Counted from the first letter of the stretch, positions 8,117-16,863 are shown. The stretch is 64,000 bases of DNA from an uncultured Solirubrobacteraceae bacterium (GCA_963849695.1 CAWKIT010000018.1:3535-67534), one strand, 5' to 3'. Notes: generated by a model not told the origin, from the sequence alone. Numbers and translations are program-made.

Positions 8117-8713
8117 CAGCCCGGCGGCGGCGGCCTCACTCAGGTGCCGCTCGATCGCCGTCGCGGTGTGCGGCCGCAGGTCGGCGAAGCTGTGGCGGCG
8201 GCCGGCGATCGTGCGAAGGCTGAGCGTCGCCGCGCGCCGGCGCCGCCGCAGCGAGACCGCCGCGACTTCCCGGAAGGCGACCGACCGGACGCGGTTCACC
8301 GGGGCGTCGTCGAGCAGCCACAGGAGACGGCGCTCGGTGACCGCGAGTACCGACCGCGGGCTCGCCCACGTGCTGGCGGGTGTGACAAGCCGCACGGCCT
8401 CGGCGTCGGTCAGCGCGTCGAGGAGCTCGGGACCGAGTGCACGGCGGACGTAGTCGGGCAGCCAGCTCCCCCGGCCGCCGCGGCGGCGCTGCCGCGGTGC
8501 GGGCTGGTGCGCCGCGGCCGCGCGCAGCAGGTCGTAGGCAGCGTTGATCTCGGCCATCCGCCGCTCGGCCTGCGCGCCGCCACCGCGATCCGGGTGCCAG
8601 CGCTTCGCCTGCTCGCGGTACGCGGCAGCCACCTCGCGCGGCGGGACGCCTTCCCGGATCCCGAGAATCGAGTACGGATCCACGGGGAAAATTCTGACGC
8701 GCCGAGGCGCCAT
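8084..8713 (-). CDS. J-domain (DnaJ-like) protein with C-terminal PH-like domain
   Basis: This is ORF 8084..8875 taken from M55. VDPYSILGIREGVPPREVAAAYREQAKRWHPDRGGGAQAERRMAEINAAYDLL is a J domain with the HPD motif. The C-terminal half (...LAVTERRLLWLLDD...VAFREVAAVSLRRRR...LSLRT) is only tentatively PH-like. Confidence 0.75.
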   Translation of the reverse strand: MAPRRVRIFPVDPYSILGIREGVPPREVAAAYREQAKRWHPDRGGGAQAERRMAEINAAYDLLRAAAAHQPAPRQRRRGGRGSWLPDYVRRALGPELLDALTDAEAVRLVTPASTWASPRSVLAVTERRLLWLLDDAPVNRVRSVAFREVAAVSLRRRRRAATLSLRTIAGRRHSFADLRPHTATAIERHLSEAAAAGLLAARPASRRA

Positions 8714-8744
8714 CCGACCGGAGGACGCGGTAGCTTCCCCGGCG

Positions 8745-8978
8745 ATGGTGCCCGAGGGCGTGCATCTGGTGGAACTGACCGCCCGCGAGAGGGAGATCCT
8801 GGTGCTGACCGCCGACGGCCGCTCCGCGCCCGACATCGCCGGGCACTTGCAGGTGACCCCCGCGACCGTGAACACGAACCTGCTGAGCTCGTTCGAGAAG
8901 CTCGGCGTGCGCGACCGCGCGGGCGCCGTGGCGGTCGCGCTCCAGACCGGGCTGCTCGAGCAACACCACGTGCACTAA
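8745..8978 (+). CDS. LuxR/GerE-type HTH protein (solo DNA-binding domain)
   Basis: This is ORF 8544..8978 taken from M68: LTAREREILVLTADGRSAPDIAGHLQVTPATVNTNLLSSFEKLGVRDRAGAVAVAL. It is divergent from the J-domain gene with only a 31-bp spacer. Confidence 0.8.
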   Translation: MVPEGVHLVELTAREREILVLTADGRSAPDIAGHLQVTPATVNTNLLSSFEKLGVRDRAGAVAVALQTGLLEQHHVH

Positions 8979-10780
8979 CGGGCGAGCGCGCCCACGACCT
9001 CCTGCCACCACGCCCGGTCGCCCGGCGTCTCGGCGCGCGCCAGGCGCCTCCGGGCGACGCTCTGCAGCTCCCCCGCCGGGCCGACCGCGAGCAGGCGGCC
9101 GGTGCAGGCGAAGCGCCCGTCCGCGAGCGCGACCAGCGCCCCGGGCTCGTCACGACGGGTGCGGAGCTGGTCGACGACGTCCACGCCGAGCACCTGCGAC
9201 GGGCGCGCCGGGTCGCCGTCCTCGTCCTGCCACGGGCGGGTGGTGGTCACGGCCGGGCGGCTGAGCACGCGCGGGCGCGGGCGCCGATGCGCCTCGAGCG
9301 GCCCGGTCCGCCACAGCTCGAGCAGGTTCTGGAACTCGACCGCGACCTCCTGGCGCACGATCAGGTGCAGCTGGTCGCCCTGCTGGATGATCGTCGAGCC
9401 GCGCGGCGGGATCGCCCGTTCGCCGCGCACGATCACGTTCAGCAGCGCCTCGCGCGGCAGCCCGAGCTCGCGCACCGGGTGGCCGACCACGGCGTAGCCG
9501 TCGCGGACCGGGAACTGGACCACCTCCGCGCCCAGGCGGCTGAGCAGCACCGGCTCCACCAGAGGGACGGGGAGCGCTGCCTCGGACGATGCCACGCCGA
9601 GCGCGCGCGCCACCGGCTCGATCGTCGTTCCCTGGATCACCGTCGATATCAGGACTACGAAGAAGGCCACGTTGAAGAACTGCATCCCTTCGGCGGGACC
9701 CAGCGCAGTGACCGGGAAGATCGCGAACACGATCGGCGTCGCTCCGCGCAGTCCCCCCCAGCCGAGCATCAGCCGCTCGCGCAGGTCGAAGTCGGCGCGC
9801 AGCGTGAACAGCACGGCGGACAGCGGCCTCGCGATCGCGGCCGCGACGATCGCGATCGCCGCTCCCTCGGGGATGATGTCGAGCAGCTCGCTCGGGAACA
9901 CGAGAAGTCCGAGCATCAGGAAGAGGCCGAGCTGCGCCACCCAGGCGAGGCCCTCGTGGAAGGTGGCGATCGTCCGCCGCGCCGGTGTCGACGCCGTGCC
10001 GAGCACGAGCCCGGCGAGATATGCCGCGAGGAAGCCCGAGCCATGCAACGTCAGCGCGAGGCCGACGGCGAGCGCCCCGGTCGCGATCGACGCCACCGGG
10101 TACAGGCCGGCCGACGGCAGCGTCACCCGGCGCAGGAATAGCACCGCGGCGGCCGCCACCGCGAGGCCGACCACGAAGCCGATCGCCAGCTCCTGCACCA
10201 CGAGCAGGAGCGCGTCCTCCAGCCCGTAGGTGTCGTCCTCGATCGCGTGGATGCAGCCGACCACGAGCAGGATGGCGATCGGGTCGTTGATGCCCGACTC
10301 GCCCTCGAGCGTGCGCGCCAGCTTGCGCCGCAGCGTGGAGGTGCGCAGGACGGCGAAGATCGCGGCGGCGTCGGTCGCCGCGACCGTCGAGCCGAGCAGC
10401 AGCGCCTCGACCGGCTCGAGCTCGAGCAGCAGCCAGGCGACGACCGCGGTCAGCGCCGCGGTCCCCAACGTGCCGAGGGTGGCGAGCGCGATCGAGGTCC
10501 CGAGCACGGGCCGGATCTCGTCGAAGCCGGACGACAGGCCGCCCTCGAACAGGATGAAGGCGAGCGCGACGACGCCCGCCTTGCGCGCCAGCTCGAAGTC
10601 CTCCTCCTGGTTCGGGGGCTCGCCGAAGTTGATCCAGTCGAGCCCGTCGGACCCGAGCACCATGCCGAGCACGAGCACCAGCACGAGGCCGGGCATCCGC
10701 AGGCGCCCGGCGGCGAGCGAGGCGGCCAGTCCGGCCGCCAGCAGAGCCCCGACGACCAGGACGAGTTGACCCTCGCTCAC
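8975..10780 (-). CDS. Potassium/proton antiporter (CPA1 family, NhaP2/CvrA-like) with C-terminal TrkA-C domain
   Basis: The 601-aa ORF has about 12 TM segments (MSEGQLVLVVGALLAAGLAASLAAGRLRMPGLVLVLVLGMVLGSDGL...). The soluble tail (VVQFPVRDGYAVVGHPVRELGLPREALLNVIVRGERAIPPRGSTIIQQGDQLHLIV) is typical of TrkA-C. Confidence 0.85.
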   Translation of the reverse strand: MSEGQLVLVVGALLAAGLAASLAAGRLRMPGLVLVLVLGMVLGSDGLDWINFGEPPNQEEDFELARKAGVVALAFILFEGGLSSGFDEIRPVLGTSIALATLGTLGTAALTAVVAWLLLELEPVEALLLGSTVAATDAAAIFAVLRTSTLRRKLARTLEGESGINDPIAILLVVGCIHAIEDDTYGLEDALLLVVQELAIGFVVGLAVAAAAVLFLRRVTLPSAGLYPVASIATGALAVGLALTLHGSGFLAAYLAGLVLGTASTPARRTIATFHEGLAWVAQLGLFLMLGLLVFPSELLDIIPEGAAIAIVAAAIARPLSAVLFTLRADFDLRERLMLGWGGLRGATPIVFAIFPVTALGPAEGMQFFNVAFFVVLISTVIQGTTIEPVARALGVASSEAALPVPLVEPVLLSRLGAEVVQFPVRDGYAVVGHPVRELGLPREALLNVIVRGERAIPPRGSTIIQQGDQLHLIVRQEVAVEFQNLLELWRTGPLEAHRRPRPRVLSRPAVTTTRPWQDEDGDPARPSQVLGVDVVDQLRTRRDEPGALVALADGRFACTGRLLAVGPAGELQSVARRRLARAETPGDRAWWQEVVGALAR

Positions 10781-10802
10781 GGAGGGGGAACCCTGCCAGA
10801 AC

Positions 10803-11510
10803 TCAGGTGTCGAGGCTGAGCTGCGCGGGCTGCTCGGCCTGCGGTGGCGTCAGCAGCTCGGGACCCTCGACGCCGGCCTTGTTGACCGCGGGGTTGGCGG
10901 CGGCGACCGTGGTGCGCTCATCCGCGAGCGGCACGAGCAGCCCTTCGCTCTCCCCCGCCAGCCACGCCGCCTCCTCTTCGGGGCCGGCGAGCACGCACGG
11001 CATGCGGTCGTGCACCGGCGCGGCGACCGCGTTCGCCGGGCAGGTGAGGAGGAGCGCCGAGTGGACGAGCTCGGAGCCGATCCGGCGGCGGCCCCACAGG
11101 CCGGCGAACGCGAACGGCTCGCCGCCGTCGACCGTGTAGCGGAACGGGATCCGCTCCGCGCCCTTCTTCTCGGCCTTCAGCCACTCGTACCAGCCGTCGG
11201 CGAGCACCAGGCAGCGGCGCTCGGGACGCGCCCACAGCTCCGCGAACGGCGGCTTGTCGGCGGCCGTCTCCGCGCGCGCGTTGATCGGCTGGAAGCCCTT
11301 GCCGACCTCGCGCGCCCACGGCGGCACGAGCCCCCAGCGCACGGCCTGGGCGTTGCGCTCGCCGTCCTCGGCGACGATCGCGATCGGCTCGGTCGGGCAC
11401 ACGTTGAAGCGCCCGAGCGTGGCCGGGTCGAGCGCCTCGGGGTCTGCGACGTCGAAGCGCTCGGCCAGCGCCCGGCCGCCGGGAGTGGTGAGCGTGTACC
11501 GCCCGCACAT
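10803..11510 (-). CDS. SOS response-associated peptidase (SRAP/YedK family, abasic-site processing)
   Basis: The ORF starts MCGRYTLT with the catalytic Cys2. It continues ...FNVCPTEPIAIV...VRWGLVPPWA...INARAETAADKPPF...RRCLVLADGWYEW. Confidence 0.9.
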   Translation of the reverse strand: MCGRYTLTTPGGRALAERFDVADPEALDPATLGRFNVCPTEPIAIVAEDGERNAQAVRWGLVPPWAREVGKGFQPINARAETAADKPPFAELWARPERRCLVLADGWYEWLKAEKKGAERIPFRYTVDGGEPFAFAGLWGRRRIGSELVHSALLLTCPANAVAAPVHDRMPCVLAGPEEEAAWLAGESEGLLVPLADERTTVAAANPAVNKAGVEGPELLTPPQAEQPAQLSLDT

Positions 11511-11528
11511 GACGAGCAGGCTACGAGG

Positions 11529-12084
11529 TCAGCGCAGCGTCGCGGCCGGGACGGTGCCGCCGGTGGCCTGGAGCGTGCCGTCGACCCACTCGAACCGCAC
11601 CTTCTCGGTGCTGCCGGTGGTCAGCCCGTAGGCGAGCGTGATCGCCTCGTCGCCGACCGTCGACACCCGCAGCCGGCTGCTCGTAGCCGCGTCGTCGTTG
11701 CCGACGAAGTCCCGCTTGACGAAGAAGAACGCCCGCATCGCGCCCGTGTCGGTCTCGCCGATCAGCACGCGCAGGTCGTTTCCCGGCTGCCAGTCGGCCA
11801 GCTTCACCGGCGCGTAGCCCTGCTCGGCGAGCGTCTGTACGGCGGCGCGGCGGGCAGCGCGCTGGGACTTCGTCAGGCCGCTCTTCGGAGGCCTTGGGCT
11901 GCTCGGCGGCGGGCGCCGGCGTGTTGCCGGCGGGCGCCTCCTTCTCCTCCTCCTTCGGCATCACCATCATCGCGATCGCCACGCCGGTGCCGAGGAACGC
12001 GGCTGTCGCCAGCACGCCGAGGATGCGTGAAGGCCACCGCCGCCGACGGGGCGCCGGCGGGTATCCCATCGCGTGTGCCGCCAT
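11529..12084 (-). CDS. Membrane-anchored LppP/LprE-like protein; frame broken once as sequenced
   Basis: The N-terminus lies in the shadow ORF 11521..13203 frame: [67 protein letters not shown]. After about 11883 it continues in the frame of ORF 11529..11807: SGLTKSQRAARRAAVQTLAEQGYAPVKLADWQPGNDLRVLIGETDTGAMRAFFFVKRDFVGND.... The family name is from memory. Confidence 0.5.
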
Positions 12085-12128
12085 CCCGGCCGGATGGTCG
12101 TCCTGTGCAGCGGGGAAGTCAAGCAGAG

Positions 12129-13382
12129 CTAGGCGAACGTCTGAATCAGCAGGAAGGCGTTGAGGGCGATGATCAGCGCCGCCACGACGGTCGCGGCGAC
12201 CGTGGTGACCGGGCGATTGACCAGCGCGCCCATGATCGAGCGCCTGCGCGTGAGCAGGACGAGCGGCACGAGCGCGAACGGGATGCCGAACGACAGGACG
12301 ACCTGGGAGAGCACCAGCGCGCGTGACGGGTCGACCCCGACGGCGAGCACGACGAGCGCCGGCGCCATCGTCACCAGCCGCCGCAGCGCGAGCGGGATCG
12401 TGCGGTTGATGAAGCCCTGCATCACCACCTGGCCGGCGTAGGTGCCGACGCTCGAGGCCGCGAAGCCGGACGCCAGCAGGGCCAGCGCGAAGGCGAGCGC
12501 GGCGCCCGGCCCGACCATCGCGCCGAACCCGGCGTGCGCGCCCTCGATCGAGTCGATGCCGGTGCCCGCGAACAGCGACGCGGCGATGACCAGCATCGAC
12601 ATGTTGATCACGCCGGCGACGCCCATCGCGATCATCACGTCGACCCGCTGGAACGACATCAGCCGGCGCCGCTCGCCGTCGCTGCTCGCCTGGGTGCGGC
12701 GCTGGGTGAGCGCGGAGTGCAGATAGATGACGTGCGGCATCACGGTGGCGCCGAGGATGCCGGTGGCGAGCAGCAGCGAGTCGGTGCCCGCGAAGCCGGG
12801 AATGAAGCCGCTCGCGATGCCTGCGGCGTCGTGCGGGACCAGCAGCGCGTCGACCAGGAAGCCGAGCAGGATCACGCCCAGCATGCCGGCGATCACGAGC
12901 TCGAACCGGCGGTAGCCGCGACTCTGGAGCGCGAGCAGGGCGAACGCCACGACCGCGGTGACGAGCCCGGCGGGCAGCAGCGGCATGCCGAACAGCAGGT
13001 TGAGCGCGATCGCGGCGCCGACGAACTCCGCCAGGTCGGTCGCCATCGCGATGACCTCGGCCTGGACCCACAGCCCCCACGACACCGGGCGCGGGAAGTG
13101 CTCCCGGCACAGCTCCGGCAGGCTGCGGCCGGTGGCGATGCCGACCTTGGCCGACAGGAACTGGATCAGCATCGCCATCAGGTTCGCGGCGACGATCACC
13201 CACAGCAGCAGGTAGCCGAACTGCGCCCCGCCCGCGATGTTGGTGGCGAAGTTGCCGGGATCGACATAAGCGATCGCCGCCACGAACGCCGGTCCGAGGT
13301 ACGGGAGCGCGGCGCGCACGCGGCCACGACGCCGGACGCGGGGCGCCAGCGGGAGCGGTGCGGTTGCTTCATGGGCGGCCAT
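12129..13382 (-). CDS. mntH: Nramp-family divalent metal (Mn2+/Fe2+) transporter
   Basis: This is ORF 12129..13775 taken from M132 (MAAHEATAPL...). It carries LGPAFVAAIAYVDPGNFATNIAGGAQFGYLLLWVI and MPHVIYLHSAL, which are Nramp signatures, and about 11 TM segments. Confidence 0.9.
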   Translation of the reverse strand: MAAHEATAPLPLAPRVRRRGRVRAALPYLGPAFVAAIAYVDPGNFATNIAGGAQFGYLLLWVIVAANLMAMLIQFLSAKVGIATGRSLPELCREHFPRPVSWGLWVQAEVIAMATDLAEFVGAAIALNLLFGMPLLPAGLVTAVVAFALLALQSRGYRRFELVIAGMLGVILLGFLVDALLVPHDAAGIASGFIPGFAGTDSLLLATGILGATVMPHVIYLHSALTQRRTQASSDGERRRLMSFQRVDVMIAMGVAGVINMSMLVIAASLFAGTGIDSIEGAHAGFGAMVGPGAALAFALALLASGFAASSVGTYAGQVVMQGFINRTIPLALRRLVTMAPALVVLAVGVDPSRALVLSQVVLSFGIPFALVPLVLLTRRRSIMGALVNRPVTTVAATVVAALIIALNAFLLIQTFA

Positions 13383-13390
13383 CACTGTGA

Positions 13391-13405
13391 TTATGGCATG
13401 CCTAA
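13391..13405 (-). promoter_or_regulatory. Candidate DtxR/MntR-family operator overlapping a -10-like CATAAT just upstream of the mntH ATG
   Basis: TTAtGGCATGCCTAA is TTAGG-N4-CCTAA with one extra T. The same half-sites occur upstream of the efeO-like gene (17953..17982). It lies 9 nt from the ATG at 13382 with no SD between them, which suggests a leaderless transcript. Confidence 0.4.
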
Positions 13406-13428
13406 ACCATGACTTCGGCGAGCGAGAA

Positions 13429-13460
13429 GGGGGTCTGACCCCTCGCGGGGTCAGACCCCC
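13429..13460. other. Perfect 14-bp-stem GC hairpin in the mntH / dsbA-like divergent spacer
   Basis: GGGGGTCTGACCCC-tcgc-GGGGTCAGACCCCC, followed by TTTAAG. It lies between two divergent start codons, so it is not an obvious terminator. Confidence 0.6.
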
Positions 13461-13503
13461 TTTAAGTTGCTCGAGGGTTGGGTACCTAGCCTCGACTGCG
13501 CCC

Positions 13504-14205
13504 ATGAGCCGCACGCTCCAGCTCGCCCTCGTCATCGTCCTCGCCGCCGCCGTGGTGGTCGGCGCGATCGTGCTCTCGAGCAACGGCGCGGAAGAGCCGG
13601 CCGCGACGAGCTCGCCGGGCGTCACGCCGGCCGAGGAGGTCCAGGAGCTGTACGCCGGCATCCCGCAGCGCGGCATCCGTCTCGGCGACGCGGACGCGCC
13701 CGCCACGCTGGTGGAGATCGCCGACCTGCAGTGCCCGTTCTGCGCCCAGTACTCGAGCGAGGCGCTGCCGAGCATCGTCGAGGACTACGTCCGCACCGGC
13801 AAGCTCAACTACGAGCTGCAGATCCGCAGCTTCCTCGGGCGCGACTCGGTGCGCGCCGCCGGCGCGGCCGCAGCCGCGGCCGACCAGAACCTGATGTACC
13901 AGTTCTCCGACCTGTTCTTCCGCAACCAGGGGCCGGAGAACAGCGGCTACGCCGACGACGACTTCATCCGCGGCGTCGCGAGCCAGGTCGAGGGCCTCGA
14001 CGTCGAGGCCGTCGTGGCCGCCGCCGACGACCCGCTGGCGCAGCCGGCGGTCCGCCGCGCGGAGCAGTTCGCGCGCGATCTCGGCTCGACCGCCACGCCC
14101 GACTTCTATGTCCGCAAGGGCGACCGGCTGACGCCGGTGACGCCCCAGGGCACCTCGCCCGAGGCGTACGCCGCGGCGATCGACGCGGCGCTGGCAAACC
14201 GGTGA
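13504..14205 (+). CDS. DsbA-family thiol:disulfide oxidoreductase, membrane-anchored/secreted
   Basis: This is ORF 13387..14205 taken from M40: MSRTLQLALVIVLAAAVVVGAIVL anchor, then ...TLVEIADLQCPFCAQYSSEALPSIVEDYV with a CPFC active site. Confidence 0.85.
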   Translation: MSRTLQLALVIVLAAAVVVGAIVLSSNGAEEPAATSSPGVTPAEEVQELYAGIPQRGIRLGDADAPATLVEIADLQCPFCAQYSSEALPSIVEDYVRTGKLNYELQIRSFLGRDSVRAAGAAAAAADQNLMYQFSDLFFRNQGPENSGYADDDFIRGVASQVEGLDVEAVVAAADDPLAQPAVRRAEQFARDLGSTATPDFYVRKGDRLTPVTPQGTSPEAYAAAIDAALANR

Positions 14206-14618
14206 GCCTGCGCGGCGCCACCGCCGCGCTGGCCGTCGCGGGAGTCGCGATCGCCGGCTATCTCACCTGGGTCCACTACGCGGGGCTGGACCCCGTGTGC
14301 GTCGGGGGCGGTGGCGGCTGCGAGCGCGTCCAGACGTCGGAATGGGCGGAGCTGGCGGGCGTCCCGGTCGCCCTGCTGGGCCTCCTCGGCTACCTGACGA
14401 TCCTCGCCAGCCTCGCCCTGCCCGAGGACCCGGGCGCCGCGGTCGCCGCCTTCGTCTCGCTCGTCGGCTTCGGCTTCAGCGCCTGGCTGACGTACGTGGA
14501 GCTGGTGAAGATCGACGCGGTGTGCCAGTGGTGTGTCGCGAGCGCGGTGGTGATGACGGCGCTGGCCGCGGTGTCGGTGGCGCGGATGCTGCGCGGCGCC
14601 GCGGTCGCTTCACCTTGA
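14202..14618 (+). CDS. Vitamin K epoxide reductase (VKOR) family protein, DsbB-replacing partner of DsbA
   Basis: GTG 14202 overlaps the dsbA-like stop (GTGA). This is the second half of shadow ORF 13467..14618. Sequence: VAIAGYLTWVHYAGLDPVCVGGGGGCERVQTSEWAELAGVP...VCQWCVASAVVM, with loop cysteines plus CxxC and 4 TM segments. Confidence 0.8.
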   Translation: MSLRGATAALAVAGVAIAGYLTWVHYAGLDPVCVGGGGGCERVQTSEWAELAGVPVALLGLLGYLTILASLALPEDPGAAVAAFVSLVGFGFSAWLTYVELVKIDAVCQWCVASAVVMTALAAVSVARMLRGAAVASP

Positions 14619-16863
14619 GCTCCTGCGCGACGAAGTAGGAGCCGATCACGAACACGGCGGCGATCGCCTGCGCCGCGAGCGTCTCCCACGTCGGATAGAC
14701 GCCGAACCACACGCCCAGCCAGTACGGCGGCTCGGCGCCGATGGGGCTGATCGAGAGCCACCCGACGCCCTGCATCGTGCGCGCGGTCTGCCCCACCATC
14801 ACGACCAGCACGAAGCCGATCATCACGCCGGTGACGATCAGCATCCGCTTGTACGGGAGCTTGCGCTGGAGCAGGAAGGTGACGGCCCCGACCGCGAAGG
14901 TGAGCGCAAGCCCGAGCGCCGCCCCCTCGACCACGGTGGCGGTCCCGGCGCTGACCTGGAGCGACTGCAGGAAGAGCACGGTCTCGAACCCCTCGCGGTA
15001 GACGCTCGTCAGCCCGAGCAGCACGAACCCGACGGCCTGGGCGGAGAGGAAGCCGGTGCGGTCGATCCGCTCGAGCGCCTTGCGGCGCCGGTGGAAGCGC
15101 CCGATCCACTCGCTCCAGTAGACGCGGTGGAAGAACCAGTTGGTGACGAGCAGCAGCACCGCGATCGCCAGCAGGCCGGTGATCGCCTCCAGCCGCTCGC
15201 CCGAGCCGGCGAGCGAGTCGATCAGCGTGCTGGCGAGCGCCCAGGTGAGGATCGAGGCCAGCAGGCCGAGCAGCGCACCGGCCATCACCGGCCGCCGCAG
15301 CCGCCGCCGGGCGCCCACGAACGAAGCCGTGATGGCGGCGAGGATGAGCACCGCCTCGAGGCCCTCGCGGAAGACCAGGATCGCCGAGTTGGTGACCACC
15401 GTGGCGCTGCTCGCGCTGTCGCCGAGCGTCGCCGCGGCGTCGGCCAGCCGGTCGTCGAGCGCCCGCCGCGCCTCGCGCAGCTCGCGCCGGGGCGCGCGGT
15501 CGGCGATCAGCGTCGCGAGGCCGGGCTGGTCTCCGGCGCCGAACCACATCGCCCCCTCGACGTCGAGCGCGAGGCCCGGGTCGAACGCCTTCAGCCGCCG
15601 CTCCGGGCCGAACTCGAAGAACGCGTACGCCTCGAGCCGCGCCTGCTCGGCCTGGCCGTACTGGCCGGCGCCGGCCGCGGCCTCCATGCGGTCGAGCGTG
15701 AGCGCGATCAGGTCGTAGTCGGACTCGTCGGTGCCCTCCTTCCAGGGCTCCGGCATCGCCGCCTGTAGCGCGGCCTCGACACGCTCGGTCTCGGCCTCGA
15801 CCTCGCCCGCCTCCGGCACGCCCTCGGTCCGCTCGGCGGCGACTGCGACCAGCCGCCCGAGCCGGTCGATGCCGGCCGCGGCGGCCTGCGTGCGCGCCGC
15901 GTCGCGCTTGGCGAGCTGGTCGCGCAGGTCGGCGAAGGCGGCCGCGGCGCCGGTGCGGAAGGCGACCGCCTCCTGGATCTCGAAGTCGAGCGTGACGCGG
16001 GCATCGCTGACGCCGCGGTCGTACTCGACCGGGACGAGCGCCAGGAACCGCAGCAGCTGCTGGGCGCGCCGCGCCGCCTCGTCGGGCGTGAACGGCGCCG
16101 CGGTGAAGCCCTCGAGGGCCGCCGCAGCGGCCTCGACCCTCCCCGCCGCGAACGCCGAGCGAGCGCCTTCGGTGGCGGCCGCGCCCCGGTCCTCGCGGTA
16201 GCGCGCCGCCAGGATCTCGAAGTAGCCGGCGGCCTGGGCGGTCGCCTCCGCTCCCCGCTCCGGCAGGTCGCGCTCACGGGCGCGTGCTGCGTCGTCGAGC
16301 AGCTCGCGCAGGCGCGCCTGGTAGGCGTCGAGCAGGTCCTTGGCGACCGCCTCGCGCGCGCGGGCGGGATCGAGCTTGCCGCGCTCGAGCTGCTGCACGG
16401 CGATGGTGGCGTTCGCGCCCGGGCGGGTGAAACGGGTGGCGGTCCGGAACTCGCGCAGCAGCAGCCAGCGGCGGGCCGCGGCCGCGTCCCCGCGCTCCAC
16501 CGCGGCGAGCGTGGCAGCGTACGAGCCGCGCAGGACCGCCGCCCGCGCCGCCCCGCGAGCCGCTGCGAGCCGAACCTCGTCGCCGCCGCGGGCAGCGGTC
16601 GCGGCGGCGCGCAGCGCGCGCACCACCGCCGCGTCCGCGAGCGGGTCCGTAGCCCGGATCCCGGCCCGCAGTGAGCCGCGGTACCTCGCGCGCGCCCGCG
16701 CGACCTCGCGCGCGGCGGTCGCCTCCGAGCCGAGGATGAGCTCCGCCTGCGCGGCGAACAGGCCGTCGCGCACGGAGTCGGCGGAGCGCCATGGCGCCGC
16801 CGCCCCGGCCGTGGCCGGGGCGAGCGCGAGGATCGCCGCCGCGAGTGCGAGCGCGCGGCGCAC
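14476..16863 (-). CDS. FTR1/ILT-family iron permease (EfeU/FetM-like) with ~500-aa N-terminal periplasmic extension
   Basis: GTG 16863 shares one base with the upstream TAG. It has a signal peptide (VRRALALAAAILALAPATAGAAA) and a long Ala/Arg-rich helical domain. The 7-TM core carries two REGxE motifs (FREGLEAV, YREGFETV). As sequenced, a 47-aa Pro/Arg-rich tail runs antisense into the VKOR 3' end. Confidence 0.8.
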   Translation of the reverse strand: MRRALALAAAILALAPATAGAAAPWRSADSVRDGLFAAQAELILGSEATAAREVARARARYRGSLRAGIRATDPLADAAVVRALRAAATAARGGDEVRLAAARGAARAAVLRGSYAATLAAVERGDAAAARRWLLLREFRTATRFTRPGANATIAVQQLERGKLDPARAREAVAKDLLDAYQARLRELLDDAARARERDLPERGAEATAQAAGYFEILAARYREDRGAAATEGARSAFAAGRVEAAAAALEGFTAAPFTPDEAARRAQQLLRFLALVPVEYDRGVSDARVTLDFEIQEAVAFRTGAAAAFADLRDQLAKRDAARTQAAAAGIDRLGRLVAVAAERTEGVPEAGEVEAETERVEAALQAAMPEPWKEGTDESDYDLIALTLDRMEAAAGAGQYGQAEQARLEAYAFFEFGPERRLKAFDPGLALDVEGAMWFGAGDQPGLATLIADRAPRRELREARRALDDRLADAAATLGDSASSATVVTNSAILVFREGLEAVLILAAITASFVGARRRLRRPVMAGALLGLLASILTWALASTLIDSLAGSGERLEAITGLLAIAVLLLVTNWFFHRVYWSEWIGRFHRRRKALERIDRTGFLSAQAVGFVLLGLTSVYREGFETVLFLQSLQVSAGTATVVEGAALGLALTFAVGAVTFLLQRKLPYKRMLIVTGVMIGFVLVVMVGQTARTMQGVGWLSISPIGAEPPYWLGVWFGVYPTWETLAAQAIAAVFVIGSYFVAQELKVKRPRRRAASAPPTPRPAPSSPPRSRHTTGTPRRSSPAPRTSARR

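Noticed and set aside
1-9000. Calling the left 9 kb a prophage or genomic island
   Set aside because: No integrase, recombinase, transposase, capsid/tail, tRNA target or flanking direct repeats were found. Only individual mobile-type or phage-type genes are present (the homing endonuclease and the lysis-like cassette), so they are reported separately.
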